This document shows, piece by piece, positions 61,690 through 63,116 of a stretch of DNA of 63,116 nucleotides (within the stretch, counting starts at the first letter, position 1; each line of letters starts with the position of its first letter). Position numbers and translations under genes: made by a program. This stretch comes from Octopus bimaculoides. Lineage: Eukaryota. The DNA is taken from contig NC_069004.1 in NCBI RefSeq assembly GCF_001194135.2, positions 33,546,000-33,609,115 of the forward strand, in the 5' to 3' direction. Below the pieces are notes generated by a model that saw only the letters and a list, made by a program, of their open reading frames with translations, searched no databases and had not been told where the DNA came from.

Positions 61690-62739
61690 TGCATATGTAA
61701 GTGTGTGTGTATGTGTATTAGAAAATAAGATATTATTGACAAGATTCAGACTTAATATATATATATCTCTCTGCCGAGGTGGACTTTGCCTTTCACAAGT
61801 ACCAGTTAAGAACTGGAGTCATTGTAATCGCCTTACCCCCACCCCCAAATTGCTGGCCTTGTGCCAAAATTTGAAACCATTATACATATCTCCCTCTCTC
61901 TTTCTGTCCCCATTGTTTCTCCATCAATTTTTCTCTCTTTCACTCACTGTCTGTCTGTCTGTCTGTCTTTCAGTCTCTGTGTTTGTCCTTCTGTCTCTCC
62001 CTGTGTTTATCTGTCCCTTTTCTCTTTCTCTGTCTATCTATTATCCTCTTTCTCCCCCCTCTGGTCATATCTCTATCCTCCTCTCTCTCTCGACTTTTCC
62101 TCTTCCCACATGTTCCCCACAATATTCCACAAATCTTCAACCCAAACCCCACTTCATTTCCCCCCTTTTTTTTGTCCCAGAATGCATCAAATACCCTGCC
62201 ATTTATAACCCTCAAGAACCAACATGGGCAGCCATTTTCAACAAGTGGGCCCACATGAGACATGGCTCACCATTTAGTGGGCTGCACTACTTAAAAAAAA
62301 ATACAAGCTGACTTTTCATTTAAGCATGAAAGTCCCAAGGGGCCACAGTTTGCCCCATGACTAATTTAAAATGACTGCCAGGCCCCATGACCCTTGTTAT
62401 GGTCTCTTTGAATGAATATTTAATAAATTAAAACACCTTGACATGTCTCGGGGATGAAATATGGAAATGGAAAAATTTCCACAGAAAATGCAAATCTGTA
62501 AATAATAATTTCACTTTCAAAATATTGTTGTTGTTGTTATTGTTGCTGCTATTATTGTTATTTCTGTTTTTGTTTAACCCCAGGTAGTCCTGATTGAGCT
62601 GTCCTATGATCAAAGGCATTCCAGCCATGACCATCGCGTCTTTTCGCCAACACAGTATATCCAGAACCTATTATTCGATGTGTCCTTCCTTCTTTAAGAC
62701 AATGTGGTTTTCAGTTAGATTTGTTTGCTATTTCTTATT

Positions 62740-62937
62740 TCTTTATTGCCCACAAGGGGCTAAATATAGAGGGGACAAACAAGGACAGACAAAGGGACCA
62801 AGTCGATTACATCGACCCCAGTGCCTAACTAGTACTTAATTTGTCGGCCTCGGAGGAATTTGAACTCAGAAAGTAACGGCAGACGAAATACCGCTAAGCA
62901 CTTCGCCCGGGGTGCTAACGTTTCTGCCATCTCGCCG
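62740..62937 (-). mobile_element. SINE family a copy
   Basis: Reverse complement of the 29952-30168 family with a small internal deletion. Confidence 0.85.
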
Positions 62938-63116
62938 TTTGCTATTTCTAGCAGATCGACTCCAGATCAGGAACACCTACGAATTAAAAGTATCCCAGCA
63001 ATTCACTCCTGGCTCCTCTTTGAGGGTGTTTGTAACAGCTTCCCCTGTGGAGCAACACCGGAGGCTCACCCTTCCAGAAGTATTCCCCTGTCCATCGCGT
63101 GCCATCGAATTTAGTC

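Overview
AT-rich, microsatellite- and SINE-dense animal genomic DNA with seven N-gaps; the repeat families look like a coleoid cephalopod (Octopus-like; inference). Three spliced genes can be assembled by hand with GT-AG sites and consistent phases. (1) A complete secreted S1A serine protease (+, 520-7055, 6 coding exons, 254 aa) with an intact His/Asp/Ser triad, a chymotrypsin-type S1 pocket and an unusual Tyr|IVAG activation site. (2) A Mis18-family centromere-licensing gene (-, 16258-11185, with a probable extra first exon at 19239-19184). (3) A TTLL15-like ATP-grasp ligase (+, 43282/46628-60300) with an N-terminal signal anchor and Cys-rich tail, i.e. apparently a lumenal type II membrane enzyme; one exon is missing, probably in an N-gap. 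The rest is transposon debris (mariner, DD37D/maT, Tc1, RTE, R4/Dong-like, Penelope-like, tRNA-derived SINEs), fold-back elements and simple repeats. Most notable: minimal type I hammerhead ribozyme motifs lying sense within two Mis18 introns, several long intronic hairpins, and the secretory-pathway topology of the TTL-family ligase.
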